From Nanohaloarchaea archaeon B1-Br10_U2g1 (GTDB lineage: Archaea > Nanohalarchaeota > Nanosalinia > Nanosalinales > Nanosalinaceae), in assembly GCA_001563875.1 (NCBI GenBank), contig LKMN01000006.1:1-38548 (forward strand): a DNA stretch of 38,548 nucleotides, given 5' to 3'. The position numbers and the translations under genes were made by a program. The notes under the pieces are model-generated. The model had not been told where the DNA came from, ran no database searches, and saw nothing but the letters and a program-made list of their open reading frames with translations. Below are positions 8,478 through 18,368 of the stretch, piece by piece (position 1 is the first letter of the stretch; each line of letters starts with the position of its first letter).

Positions 8478-8729
8478 ATGAAGAGAGCTAAATTCCACGA
8501 ATACTTATACGAAGTTGAAAACTGGGTCGACGAGTTCGCGATAGCCTTTCTATCGTTCGGAGCTATAGCGGTCATAATCAACGCTATATTCTTTGCTCCA
8601 GGAGATGTCAACTTCCTATCGCTAGGAGAGCTAATCTATCCTTGGATCGTAATGCTTGCATTAATGATTATAGGAAGAGAGCTGTGGCTCCTCAACAGGA
8701 ACTTGAGGGCTTACGCAGAAGGTGAGTAA
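8478..8729 (+). CDS. Small two-TM membrane protein
   Basis: 83-aa ORF, AAGGTG SD, two hydrophobic helices. Confidence 0.8.
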   Translation: MKRAKFHEYLYEVENWVDEFAIAFLSFGAIAVIINAIFFAPGDVNFLSLGELIYPWIVMLALMIIGRELWLLNRNLRAYAEGE

Positions 8730-8734
8730 GTAAA

Positions 8735-9343
8735 GTGGAAGCCTCAGGGTTCAACCAACTGCTACAGAACATGGCGCAGCAGGACTTCTTCACAGGGATT
8801 TTCCCTTTCCTACTATCCTATATAATATTCTTTTTAGCACTACAGAAGACACCTATATTTAGTGAACAGGAGAACAAGAGATACTCTGCTCTAGTAGCGG
8901 TTATATTCGCGTTCTTTGTGTCATATGCTGTAGTAATGAACCCTGTATACCAAGAGTTCTTCCACAGCTACTTGTCTAGTATAGTAATAGGTATGGTAGG
9001 TCTACTAGGTTTCCTAGTGTTCCTAACGTTTATACCTGGCTTTGACCTAGATAACGCAGGAGCCCGAGGACTTGTAGCTCTAGTTGTATTAGGGAGCTTT
9101 GCAGCTTTCATATTTTCTGGAGGCATGTCTGCCTTCATCCCTGTAGATGTAGGTCTGCCAGGACTGGAATATGGACTGGCAGAGGTCCTAGATTATATAT
9201 TTGAGTCGGGACTGATCTATCTAATAATTATAGGAGCAGCTTTGGCCTGGGTAACCTCTGACGGAGGAGACGGAGACTGGGGAAAGAAAGCTAAGGATGC
9301 AGGAGGATACATGATAAGGCCTGTGGGTCACGGCGGTGGTTAA
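8735..9343 (+). CDS. Multi-pass (about 5 TM) membrane protein, paralogue of 9346..9858
   Basis: GTG start after GGTGA; IFPFLLSYIIFFLALQKTPIF...NKRYSALVAVIFAFFV. Confidence 0.85.
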   Translation: MEASGFNQLLQNMAQQDFFTGIFPFLLSYIIFFLALQKTPIFSEQENKRYSALVAVIFAFFVSYAVVMNPVYQEFFHSYLSSIVIGMVGLLGFLVFLTFIPGFDLDNAGARGLVALVVLGSFAAFIFSGGMSAFIPVDVGLPGLEYGLAEVLDYIFESGLIYLIIIGAALAWVTSDGGDGDWGKKAKDAGGYMIRPVGHGGG

Positions 9344-9345
9344 CA

Positions 9346-9858
9346 GTGTTTGAGAATATTGTATTATCTATGCAGGATATGAGTATTTTCCATCTATTCC
9401 TGCCTTGGTTACTTGTTCTAACGGTTACTTATGGAGTACTTCAGAAACAGGAAATATTTGAGGAAGAAGCTGTAACAGCTGCTACATCTCTATCTGTAGC
9501 ATTTCTATCGATAGGAGGCTTCTACTTCTTTGTTCCTCCAGAGATGTTCAGCCATTTCGCCGCAGTGATAGGATTCGCAATTTTCGGTTTCATAGGTCTA
9601 TTCTTACTGCTGGCAGTGGTTGGAGTAGATATAACAGAGTTTGAAGACGTTGAAAGAAGGTTTCCTGCGATAGCAGCAGCAAGTATAGCTGTTCTCGGAG
9701 CTTTAGGAGTTTTAACTTATCAGTATAATCTATTGGGTCTTCTACCGGAGTTAAGCGAGTTGACAACGTTATCGATAGACTTCGATCAACATGTAATGCC
9801 GATTTTAACTCTTCTGTTCCTACTAGCTATAGTAATATTTGTTGCTAGAGGAGAATAG
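9346..9858 (+). CDS. Multi-pass (about 5 TM) membrane protein, paralogue of 8735..9343
   Basis: GTG start after GGTGG; FLPWLLVLTVTYGVLQKQEIF, same helix layout as the upstream gene. Confidence 0.85.
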   Translation: MFENIVLSMQDMSIFHLFLPWLLVLTVTYGVLQKQEIFEEEAVTAATSLSVAFLSIGGFYFFVPPEMFSHFAAVIGFAIFGFIGLFLLLAVVGVDITEFEDVERRFPAIAAASIAVLGALGVLTYQYNLLGLLPELSELTTLSIDFDQHVMPILTLLFLLAIVIFVARGE

Positions 9859-9866
9859 AAACTATT

Positions 9867-10676
9867 TTACCACTCCTCTAGATCTACTTTATCTATATCT
9901 TCTTGGCTAACTTCGGAACTTGTCTCTATACCTCGTTCTTGTTTGATCTCCTGTACAAGGTCTGTTAGTTCTCTAACATTGTCGACAAGTGATGGAAGTA
10001 CTTGCTGGAAAGCCTTTTCAAGTCCTCCTATACGAGACTGGTAAGAGTCTATATTGTCTTCAATCTCGTCCATTTTCTGTATGAACTGTGTCTGATCTTC
10101 GTCATCTCTGACCTCGAGATCATGTACCCTCTGATCCAGCTCTTCAACCTTCTCTTTGACTTCATCTATCTCTCTGTAGACGTTTTCGAACTCGGCTTCT
10201 ACCATCTCAAAGTTCTCCGCTACAATAGTCTCTACAAGCTCTTCTACACCCGTATTTTGTACGTTTTGACCTTGGGGTGCGGCCTGTTGATCTCTCTGCA
10301 TATTCATCTGTGGTTCTTGAGATATATCTTGTCCTGGGTTCATTTCTTCTTGTTCTTGGTTGTTGAAGTCTTCATCCATAGGGCTTACTGCCTCTTCTCC
10401 GCCGCTGTATGGTTCCATAGGTTTAGGTCCTTCTTCGAAGCTATCTCCTGCTGCGGATGAGGTAACCGCTCTATTGATAGCTTGCTGTATCTCTGAACGG
10501 GAGTACTGTCCGTCAAGCTCGTCTTGTATCTCTCCTTCGGAGTAGCCCTGAGAAAACATTCGTTCCACAGTCCTTTCAAGTCCGCTACCCATAGATATAT
10601 CTGCTGTATTACTGTCTTGTGTAGGTTCTTTAGAGGAGTCCTCGTCTTTCAGTCTTCCGAACAGCTGAAATTTCAT
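9867..10676 (-). CDS. Cytoplasmic protein: small helical N-domain, Q-rich linker, C-terminal coiled coil
   Basis: 269-aa ORF with ATGA overlap to 10673..11140; VEELVETIVAENF...LEKAFQQVLPSLVDNVREL. Confidence 0.85.
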   Translation of the reverse strand: MKFQLFGRLKDEDSSKEPTQDSNTADISMGSGLERTVERMFSQGYSEGEIQDELDGQYSRSEIQQAINRAVTSSAAGDSFEEGPKPMEPYSGGEEAVSPMDEDFNNQEQEEMNPGQDISQEPQMNMQRDQQAAPQGQNVQNTGVEELVETIVAENFEMVEAEFENVYREIDEVKEKVEELDQRVHDLEVRDDEDQTQFIQKMDEIEDNIDSYQSRIGGLEKAFQQVLPSLVDNVRELTDLVQEIKQERGIETSSEVSQEDIDKVDLEEW

Positions 10677-11140
10677 AATTTGTTACCTTTCCGTTCTTTT
10701 TCCTTAGTACTGGCTTGGTTTTCCAGCCTTTTTATCTTTCTGTCTATAAGCCTTTTGACTTCACGTTTTGAGACCGTTTTTTCTTCTTCTACAATCTTTT
10801 TTACCTGTTTTTCGGTTACGAAAGAAGATTTTATAGGGTTCATAAGGTCTATGTAGTTCTCCATTTCGTCGAGCTCTTGATTGGTCACAAACTTCTTTTT
10901 CTCCCGGTTAAGCTCTTTTATATCGACCTCCATGTTCGCTATACGGTCTCTAAGCTCGGAAATCTCGTCTTCTAGGTCTTGTATACTTCTGTTAGTGTCT
11001 TTGTTCTTTTTGAGAACTGTATCGTCTAAAGTATTGACTCGGGCGTTGAGGTTACGTATATTCTCTTCAAGATCTCTGACTCTTCTGTTGAAATCGTTGA
11101 CCCTGTTCACAATCCGGTTCAAAAGGTCTTGTTGCGCCAC
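10673..11140 (-). CDS. Coiled-coil protein, loosely reminiscent of archaellum accessory ArlC/FlaC
   Basis: 155-aa heptad-rich ORF ending its coil in ENYIDLMNPI; divergent from the ATPase. ArlC resemblance is tentative. Confidence 0.8.
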   Translation of the reverse strand: MAQQDLLNRIVNRVNDFNRRVRDLEENIRNLNARVNTLDDTVLKKNKDTNRSIQDLEDEISELRDRIANMEVDIKELNREKKKFVTNQELDEMENYIDLMNPIKSSFVTEKQVKKIVEEEKTVSKREVKRLIDRKIKRLENQASTKEKERKGNKL

Positions 11141-11181
11141 ATCTTTTATTCTAGAAAGCCTTGAATAATAATTAACGGGTT

Positions 11182-13443
11182 ATGGCTGTAAGAGAAAAAG
11201 ACGTTTTCGAATACGAGTACGATGATGAGACAGGAACTATAGAGATCAATCTACTTGGATCTGTATACGGAGCATCTATAGAAGACTATCCTGAAGTGAT
11301 GTCTCGGGTAATAAACATTCTTCAGGAGGTGCCGGACGCATCGTCAGTAGTTCTGTCGGAATCCCGAGATTATGAATACAGTGATACTCAGGTAGAGATG
11401 CTTAAAGAGGTCGCAGAAGCCATAAGAGATATATCAAGTCAGGGATATATATCAAAAAACGTTAGAACTGATAAATGTGAGAGCCTTTACCAAGAAAAGC
11501 TTCCTGAGGTCCAAAGAATAGTTATAGACGACCTGAGAAAAGATCCGATAGGCGCATACGTACAGCTTAAACGTATGATACGCCATCTAAACCAGGAAAA
11601 AGAGGATTCATATCCTCAGAGAAAACGCTGTATAAAATACTTTATACAGGATGTTCTGAAACCGGTATCCGGACGTCTAGAGGAGACGCACTTAATACAG
11701 CAGTCTGTAGAGCTTGACTATATAACCGGCCACCATGTAGGAGACAGAGAGGTCTACAGAGAGTTCTTCCATCCTTTAGTAAGACCTAACTTCATGCTTA
11801 CAAAGTTCATGTCGTTGCCTCCTGAGAGAGGGGAGGAGGTTGACAGATACAGGGTTCAGGAAGATGTAGAGGTCTCGGTATACCGGGTCCCGGACCAGGT
11901 ACAGCCTATTTACCACGTGAATCCTCCAGAGTTCAATCTTCCTGAGGAAAAATATCGTTTGCTTGATGCGGCAAGAAGGTTTTTGGCCTCTCACAACCCG
12001 GAGTCAGGAGAGTTCGCTAGGCCCGAGAGAATGCGCCAAGTGTTCCAGAATATAGGAAGAGATATGGTCAGGGATATTTCCGACCAGATGGGTATACAGA
12101 TATCCGGAGAGGAGTTAGAACAGTTAACAGCAATACTTAACCGTTATACTTCAGGGCTCGGCGTGCTTGAACTACTTCTCTCTGATCCAAAGGTTCAGGA
12201 TGTTTATGTAAACTCTCCGATAGGTAATGCACCGATATATATCTCTCATCAGGACTACGAAGAATGTGAAACAAATCTAATCCCTACGAAAGAGGAGGCA
12301 GAGTCATGGGCCACAAGGTTCCGTATACAGTCAGGACGCCCGTTGGATGAAGCAAACCCTGTGCTGGATACGGATACAGAGGTTCCGGGAGGCCGTGCAC
12401 GTGTCGCAATAATACAGGAGAACCTTTCGCCTGAAGGGCTAGCGTTTGCGTTCAGAAGACACCGGTCCCGAGCCTGGACGCTACCATTGTTTGTTGACAG
12501 CGGAATGATTAACCCTCTAGGCGCAGGGCTTCTATCTTTCATTGTTGATGGAAACCGGTCGGTACTGTTTGCAGGTACTCGTGGCGCCGGTAAAACATCG
12601 CTCCTGTCAGCGTCGATGCTGGAGATACTGAAGAAACACAGAATTGTGACTGTTGAAGATACTTTAGAACTTCCTGTTAAACAGATGAAGGACTTAGGGT
12701 ATAACATAGAGAGTATGAAGTCTCGTTCTGTTATTACACAGGTTGAGAACGAGCTTGCTGCTGAAGAAGCAATTAGAACATCCTTGAGGCTTGGAGATTC
12801 TGCACTTGTTATTGGAGAGGTTCGTTCTGATGAGGCAAAAACTCTTTATGAGGCTATGCGTGTCGGAGCGGTCGCAAACTTTGTCGGAGGAACAATACAC
12901 GGTGAAGACGCTTATTCAGTATTCGACAGAGTCGTTAACGACCTAAATGTTCCAAAAACTTCTTTCAAGGCAACAGATATCATTGTAAGCGTAAACAAGA
13001 TCAAGAGTCCTGACGGCCTATCGACCTTTAGAAGGGTCACGGGAATAACAGAGGTTAGAAAAGAGTGGACTGATGACCCGCAGGAAGAAGGAGCGTTTGT
13101 AGATCTCATGCGGTACGACAGTAACGAAGACAAACTTGTGCCTACAGATACGCTGCTGAACGGCGAATCACTAGTTTTGAACAGGATAGCTAGTAATATC
13201 AGAGAATGGAAAAACAACTGGGAGGCAGTATGGGACAATATACAGCTCCGTAAGCAGATAAAACAAGACATTGTCCAAAAAGCAGAGGAAACAGATAATA
13301 AAGAACTTTTAGAGGCAGAATTCACTGTCAAATCAAATCAGAGATTCCATATACTTTCAGAGAGAGTTAGGGAGGAGTACGGCGAACAAAACACCGAAAG
13401 AGTTCTAGTAAGATGGAGAGAATGGCTAGAACAACAATTATAG
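11182..13443 (+). CDS. Type II/IV secretion system (VirB11/PilB/ArlI family) assembly ATPase with long N-terminal extension
   Basis: Walker A GTRGAGKT, Asp box TVEDTLEL, LRLG, Walker B LVIGEVR, His box TIHG, RRVTGITEV. Confidence 0.95.
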   Translation: MAVREKDVFEYEYDDETGTIEINLLGSVYGASIEDYPEVMSRVINILQEVPDASSVVLSESRDYEYSDTQVEMLKEVAEAIRDISSQGYISKNVRTDKCESLYQEKLPEVQRIVIDDLRKDPIGAYVQLKRMIRHLNQEKEDSYPQRKRCIKYFIQDVLKPVSGRLEETHLIQQSVELDYITGHHVGDREVYREFFHPLVRPNFMLTKFMSLPPERGEEVDRYRVQEDVEVSVYRVPDQVQPIYHVNPPEFNLPEEKYRLLDAARRFLASHNPESGEFARPERMRQVFQNIGRDMVRDISDQMGIQISGEELEQLTAILNRYTSGLGVLELLLSDPKVQDVYVNSPIGNAPIYISHQDYEECETNLIPTKEEAESWATRFRIQSGRPLDEANPVLDTDTEVPGGRARVAIIQENLSPEGLAFAFRRHRSRAWTLPLFVDSGMINPLGAGLLSFIVDGNRSVLFAGTRGAGKTSLLSASMLEILKKHRIVTVEDTLELPVKQMKDLGYNIESMKSRSVITQVENELAAEEAIRTSLRLGDSALVIGEVRSDEAKTLYEAMRVGAVANFVGGTIHGEDAYSVFDRVVNDLNVPKTSFKATDIIVSVNKIKSPDGLSTFRRVTGITEVRKEWTDDPQEEGAFVDLMRYDSNEDKLVPTDTLLNGESLVLNRIASNIREWKNNWEAVWDNIQLRKQIKQDIVQKAEETDNKELLEAEFTVKSNQRFHILSERVREEYGEQNTERVLVRWREWLEQQL

Positions 13444-13452
13444 GCGTTAAAA

Positions 13453-15606
13453 ATGGATGAAGATAGAGAGGACAAGATCAAAGACATAGTAGATAAGCTT
13501 GACAGAGATCTTGAGATGCCTCCCTACAATACGTCCTCGAAAGAGGGTTACTCTCGAGAATACCAGAAGTACAGGAAAGAGGAGAGAGAAGAGGTTGAAA
13601 CCTCAAGCTTTGAGGAGCTATGTCTGACTTCGGGAGACCTCCTAAACCTCAAAGCAGGTAAGAAGACCAGAGAACGTCTAGGACCTCCTCTAAGACTGCT
13701 GGGGTGGGATATAACACCTGGCATGGTTCTGTCTGCAGCCGTCATGGTGGGTTTCGTGTCATTCTTTGGATGGTTCTTGCTCTTCGCTTTAAATGCGTTT
13801 TTAGGTTTCTTTATTCCGATCTCTATAATCCTTATTTCAGTATTTATTCCGATAGGAGCCGGTGTTTATACCTATTTCAAGCCAATCTACCAGGCCGAGA
13901 ACAAGGTTATAAGGAGCAGCGGGGAGATGATCCTCACAATACTCTACATGGTCATCTACATGCGTAGCTCTCCAAACCTAGAAGGAGCTATCAGGTTTGC
14001 GGCATTAAATCTTGAAGGTCCTGTTTCAAAAGATCTTAGAGGCGTATTATGGGATTTAGAGGTTGGGAAGTACAATAAAATAGAAGAAGCGTTAGAGAAT
14101 TATACTGTTAGGTGGAAGGGTTACAACGACGACTTTCTTGAATCTTTACAGCTTCTTAAGGCTTCAGTAAACGAGCCAAGTCCTCAAAGAAGAGAAGATC
14201 TTCTACAGGACTCAATAGATCGTATACTTGAGGGCACACAGGAAAATATGAAGCACTATGCGCAGGGTCTCAAGACACCGGTAATGATACTTAACGCTGT
14301 TGGAGCTATGCTTCCGGTCCTAGGTATGATAATGTTGCCTCTTGTTTCTGTATTCCTCGGAGACTCTATCTCAGAGATGCATCTCATACTTCTCTTCAAT
14401 ATAATGCTTCCTGCATTCCTTTACTGGTTTATGCAGCGAATACTTTCTTCTAGACCACCTACAGTATCCTCAGAACCTACGAGTAATGGAAATCTGCCTC
14501 GTCTAGGTTATTATAACCTGGATTTATTTGGAAGAAGTTTTTCCGCACCTGTATGGCCCTTAGGAGTGCTTATATTTTCTATTGTTGGTCTTTATGGGGT
14601 TTTGGGATACGCAATTTTTCCTGAGGTCTATCCGGTCTCTGACGGAGCTGAATCCGCGCCCGCAATGTTTACGGATGGAGACTCTTACAGTCCATTAGCT
14701 ATGCTGATAAGAAGTCTAAGTATCACCGCAGGACTAGGATTAGCCATAGGTGTGGTTCTTTACATTGGAGGATTAGAGAGAAAGAAAGCTGAAGAAGAGA
14801 TAAGGAATATTGAGAAACAGTTCCCCACAGCGTTGTTCCAGTTAGGAAACAAGATTTCGGGCGGAACACCTATAGAATTAGCTCTGAAGCAGGCAAGAGA
14901 GTCGACAGAGGAGATGGAGATCTCAGGCTTATTCAGCTATACTCTCAGAAACATTACGGAGATGGGTATGACCTTTGATGAAGCGGTCTTTGATGAAGAC
15001 TACGGCGCTCTAAGGCACTATCCTAGTCAGATGATCCATACTGTTATGAAGGCGATTATGGAGTCCTCAGAGAAAGGTACTAAGATGGCTTCAATGGCGA
15101 TGATGACTATCTCAAGATACTTAGAGAACATACACCGTACACAAGAGAAACTGAATGATCTGATGGAAGAGACAACGACCACAATACTGATGCTTGGCTA
15201 TCTTTTAGCGCCTATTGTGTCTGGAGTAGCTGTAGGTATGAGCCAGACCATAATCACGGCTATGTTTGAGCTCTCTGAATCTTTCGATGACTCTATAGCA
15301 GGTACTCCTGAGGGCGACGTGGGAGATGCTGATACTGCGGCCGCAGGTGCAGACTTTTCGGGTATACTAGGTGACTTAGACGCTGCCATACCTCCTGAGG
15401 TGCTTCAGTTCGTTGTAGGTATATACTTGATACAGCTTTTATGGATACTAGGAACATTCTATACAAAGATTAGTGTTGGAGAAAACAAGACTGAGCGAAA
15501 TATCTTTGTAGGAAAAATACTTATTTCGGGAGTGTTCTTCTACAGTATAACGCTACTAATAGTAAGCTTGCTGTTTGGAGGCATAGTAACAAGCATAGAA
15601 CCATGA
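13453..15606 (+). CDS. Type IV pilus membrane platform protein (two fused T2SSF/TadB-TadC-like domains)
   Basis: 717 aa, two cytoplasmic domains (SSPNLEGAI; FPTALFQLGNKISGGTPIELAL) each followed by TM bundles, directly after the ATPase. Confidence 0.9.
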   Translation: MDEDREDKIKDIVDKLDRDLEMPPYNTSSKEGYSREYQKYRKEEREEVETSSFEELCLTSGDLLNLKAGKKTRERLGPPLRLLGWDITPGMVLSAAVMVGFVSFFGWFLLFALNAFLGFFIPISIILISVFIPIGAGVYTYFKPIYQAENKVIRSSGEMILTILYMVIYMRSSPNLEGAIRFAALNLEGPVSKDLRGVLWDLEVGKYNKIEEALENYTVRWKGYNDDFLESLQLLKASVNEPSPQRREDLLQDSIDRILEGTQENMKHYAQGLKTPVMILNAVGAMLPVLGMIMLPLVSVFLGDSISEMHLILLFNIMLPAFLYWFMQRILSSRPPTVSSEPTSNGNLPRLGYYNLDLFGRSFSAPVWPLGVLIFSIVGLYGVLGYAIFPEVYPVSDGAESAPAMFTDGDSYSPLAMLIRSLSITAGLGLAIGVVLYIGGLERKKAEEEIRNIEKQFPTALFQLGNKISGGTPIELALKQARESTEEMEISGLFSYTLRNITEMGMTFDEAVFDEDYGALRHYPSQMIHTVMKAIMESSEKGTKMASMAMMTISRYLENIHRTQEKLNDLMEETTTTILMLGYLLAPIVSGVAVGMSQTIITAMFELSESFDDSIAGTPEGDVGDADTAAAGADFSGILGDLDAAIPPEVLQFVVGIYLIQLLWILGTFYTKISVGENKTERNIFVGKILISGVFFYSITLLIVSLLFGGIVTSIEP

Positions 15607-15737
15607 AAGGAGAAAACATGATGATAATAGCTACCGTGTTTGCTGCAGCAACTATAGTAGCAGCTTTGATAGTACTAACCGTAATAGATGGGACGGTACA
15701 AAACATACTGGATGATGTGCTAACAGGACTTGGATAG
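15603..15737 (+). CDS. 44-aa minimal pilin-like protein (class III signal MKG/E)
   Basis: Not in the ORF track. ATGA overlap with the platform gene; MKGENMMIIATVFAAATIVAALIVLTVIDGTVQNILDDVLTGLG. Confidence 0.8.
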   Translation: MKGENMMIIATVFAAATIVAALIVLTVIDGTVQNILDDVLTGLG

Positions 15738-15740
15738 AAA

Positions 15741-15935
15741 ATGAAACGTAGAGGAGAAATGGGGATGCCGGTAAGAATTGTGGTGATGTTGGTGGCAGCT
15801 CTAGCAGTAGTTCTCATATTTTTAGCAGTGTTCATACCTGCAGTAGGTGGAGCAGAGGAGGCAACAGGCTGTGATGGAGCTCTAAGAGCGATATCGTCAG
15901 CAATAAGTAGTGCAATGGGAGAGCAGATATGCTAG
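15741..15935 (+). CDS. Small pilin-like protein
   Basis: MKRRG/EMGMPVRIVVMLVAALAVVLIFL, two Cys in the short C-domain. Confidence 0.85.
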   Translation: MKRRGEMGMPVRIVVMLVAALAVVLIFLAVFIPAVGGAEEATGCDGALRAISSAISSAMGEQIC

Positions 15936-17965
15936 GAGGAACAAATTCTCGGAAAGGTTTGGCACAAACGGCGGTAGTAAAAATAGTGGGAATACTCCTA
16001 ATAGGTGCTATCGTGATCAGCGTAATAGGGTCTATAGGATCTGCTATAGCTGATACAGGCGATGCATTGATGGATTTCACAGGAACAAATGAGCATGTGG
16101 ATGTGGAGGAGAAGCACACGTTCATCTCAGCATCCAGATATGTCTATGATAGAGCGTGGGACTGTGAAGAGGTAGAACAGAACATATATCCTGGCTTGGA
16201 AGATACAGACTTTGGTGAAGAGCCTCGTTGTGCAGGTGTTTCAGGTACTGCGGCCGCATACTTTAGAAACATGGTTCCTGGGGAAGACACAGGAGGAGAT
16301 ATGGAGGGAAGAAACTCCCGTATAACCTTCGAGATATCAGAGGATGTCGAGGACAACATCACGATTAGTTCGGATCAGATATACGGTGACGAAGATAGTT
16401 TGCAGAAAGATGAAAGCTCTTCCACAACACTAGATGACTCTGAAGTCGCCTTCCGCGGTGTTTCAGACGACCGAAGTTTCTACCAAAGGACCGATCCTGA
16501 AAGAGATTGTGGAGGCACCGGCTATGGTAACTGGCACGATCCAGGAAATCCTAGATACTTTGTTGCCTTCGATATAATCGGTGAAACAAACAGGGTTAAC
16601 GAAATTGGAGAAGCAGAAAACCTTGACTCCGATATGCCTGTCTACTGTGAAGAAGCATTTGTAGGCGTTTCCGACTACATATATCGTTCCAGCATACAAT
16701 CTAAGTTGGATGGTGAGGACGGAAGTTTTGAATTAGTTCTATGTCCGGGAGATGAAGGATATATACAGGCCAATAAAGACAGTCCTTGGAATGAGGAAGA
16801 AGCTGCAGAAGACCACAGTATCTTCCCATTCATAGAAATCACCACCTTAGGGGAAGACTGTGTTGGACACGGTTTTGGTGACGTCGATGTTCCTGACAAG
16901 CTTCCTGACGATTTAAAGACTTCAGGAAGACTGCTCCATGTAACAGGAGACTCTTCAGAAGATCATCCTTACGTTAGAGGACCTGGTTTAAGTGGAGGAG
17001 CTACGGATTATGCTTTCGACCTGTTCGAACTCAGTGAGGAAAATACAGAGGTTAGTAGTACCATAAGCTCCAAATCTCGTAACATAGATTTTGGACATAA
17101 TCCTCAGAGAGCGGAGGAATGTGTTCTAGGCTTATGGAACCACCATGGAGTAAACCCTGCGCCAGGCTGGGTTAGTTACGAGCAAGGAACAGCTGTGGAG
17201 AGAGACGGAACTTTCCCGGATCTGGAAAGTGAGGACGTGAAAGGCCAGTCTCTTGAAGACAGAAACTATGGTCCTGATGCAGAAGATCTATATAACCTGT
17301 ATGCTCAAGAGGGATTCGTCGGAGGTAGCTGGGGTAGCGATATCTCAGATAAGATCCTGAATGATTTCACTGGAGAACAGAGATTTGAGACATACGGAGA
17401 CCTTCTATGCGCGCCTGACAAGAGAGATGAGGCTCAGGATTTTGAGAACGACCATGCAACATGGTATATGTGTGGAGGAGATCATGGAGTAAACGAGATT
17501 GAAATTAATGAGAAAAAATGGGTCTGTGATGAGGATTCGGGGGCTTGGCTGGAAGAGAGACCTGAAGATTTTGTAGAAATTAACGTTGTTGAGACCGAGC
17601 CGGAAGAGATAGATGAACTGAACATTGGTGACGAGGCAGTCTTTGAGTTGGAGATCTCTGGTAGCGGTTTTGATATGTCGGACGTAGGATTAAACTACAT
17701 TAGACTTGATGATGAGGGTGATGAGGTAAGAGGCGGTTCTGCGGATGATGCTAACTTTGAGACGTCTTCAGATTCAGGAGTAGACTATGAAGCAACGGTT
17801 GCTGAGACCTTAGAAGGCGATAAAGAAGAAGGAGTTCTTGAATGGCCTACATATAATGTTGACGAGGTGGAGGCTGAAGACTTCGTAGGATTTTATCTGA
17901 ACGTTCAAGAGGAAGAAATGGGCAGAGTTGGTGAAAAAAAGGTTGAGATAGACCTGACAGAGTGA
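15929..17965 (+). CDS. Large pilin-like adhesin candidate (678 aa, acidic, Cys-rich)
   Basis: SRKG/LAQTAVVKIVGILLIGAIVISVIG class III-type N-terminus, large extracellular beta-rich body. Confidence 0.85.
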   Translation: MLGGTNSRKGLAQTAVVKIVGILLIGAIVISVIGSIGSAIADTGDALMDFTGTNEHVDVEEKHTFISASRYVYDRAWDCEEVEQNIYPGLEDTDFGEEPRCAGVSGTAAAYFRNMVPGEDTGGDMEGRNSRITFEISEDVEDNITISSDQIYGDEDSLQKDESSSTTLDDSEVAFRGVSDDRSFYQRTDPERDCGGTGYGNWHDPGNPRYFVAFDIIGETNRVNEIGEAENLDSDMPVYCEEAFVGVSDYIYRSSIQSKLDGEDGSFELVLCPGDEGYIQANKDSPWNEEEAAEDHSIFPFIEITTLGEDCVGHGFGDVDVPDKLPDDLKTSGRLLHVTGDSSEDHPYVRGPGLSGGATDYAFDLFELSEENTEVSSTISSKSRNIDFGHNPQRAEECVLGLWNHHGVNPAPGWVSYEQGTAVERDGTFPDLESEDVKGQSLEDRNYGPDAEDLYNLYAQEGFVGGSWGSDISDKILNDFTGEQRFETYGDLLCAPDKRDEAQDFENDHATWYMCGGDHGVNEIEINEKKWVCDEDSGAWLEERPEDFVEINVVETEPEEIDELNIGDEAVFELEISGSGFDMSDVGLNYIRLDDEGDEVRGGSADDANFETSSDSGVDYEATVAETLEGDKEEGVLEWPTYNVDEVEAEDFVGFYLNVQEEEMGRVGEKKVEIDLTE

Positions 17966-18020
17966 TCTGTGAAACTTAAGGAAAAGAAGTTATAAGAGAA
18001 AAAATACAGTAAGTTCTTGT

Positions 18021-18179
18021 ATGTTAGAAAGGAAGGGCCAGACTATTTCGATAAGTACACTAGCCAAGCTTGTTCTGGCTTTAGTTGTCCTGGCCGTAGT
18101 TGTCTTTATCGCTCAAAGCCAGATTGGGCCTATGGTTGATGATGCTGTATCTTCTATTCTGGCACACCAACCGCAGTAG
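18021..18179 (+). CDS. 52-aa pilin-like protein
   Basis: Not in the ORF track. MLERKG/QTISISTLAKLVLALVVLAVVVFIAQSQIGPMVDDAVSSILAHQPQ; TTATAA at about 17990-17995. Confidence 0.85.
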   Translation: MLERKGQTISISTLAKLVLALVVLAVVVFIAQSQIGPMVDDAVSSILAHQPQ

Positions 18180-18212
18180 GTTATTTCAATCAGATAGAGA
18201 CAATGTTTATCT

Positions 18213-18365
18213 ATGAATCTGTCTATAAACACGCTCATAGTGATACTTCTAGGAGTGATAGTGATCTCTGTGGTAGGATTTTTAGTTACAGACCAAGTAA
18301 TAGATTTCCGTTACTTTGCGTTAGACGAGATAGATGCAGTTAACCTAGTGCCTGGAGGTAGTTAG
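18213..18365 (+). CDS. 50-aa pilin-like protein lacking a basic leader
   Basis: Not in the ORF track. MNLSINTLIVILLGVIVISVVGFLVTDQVIDFRYFALDEIDAVNLVPGGS; in-frame stop at 18195 prevents extension. Confidence 0.75.
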   Translation: MNLSINTLIVILLGVIVISVVGFLVTDQVIDFRYFALDEIDAVNLVPGGS

Positions 18366-18368
18366 CAT

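Noticed and set aside
11182-15606. Archaellum (arlI/arlJ) operon
   Set aside because: No archaellin, ArlH KaiC-like ATPase or ArlF/G in the window; many diverse pilins instead.
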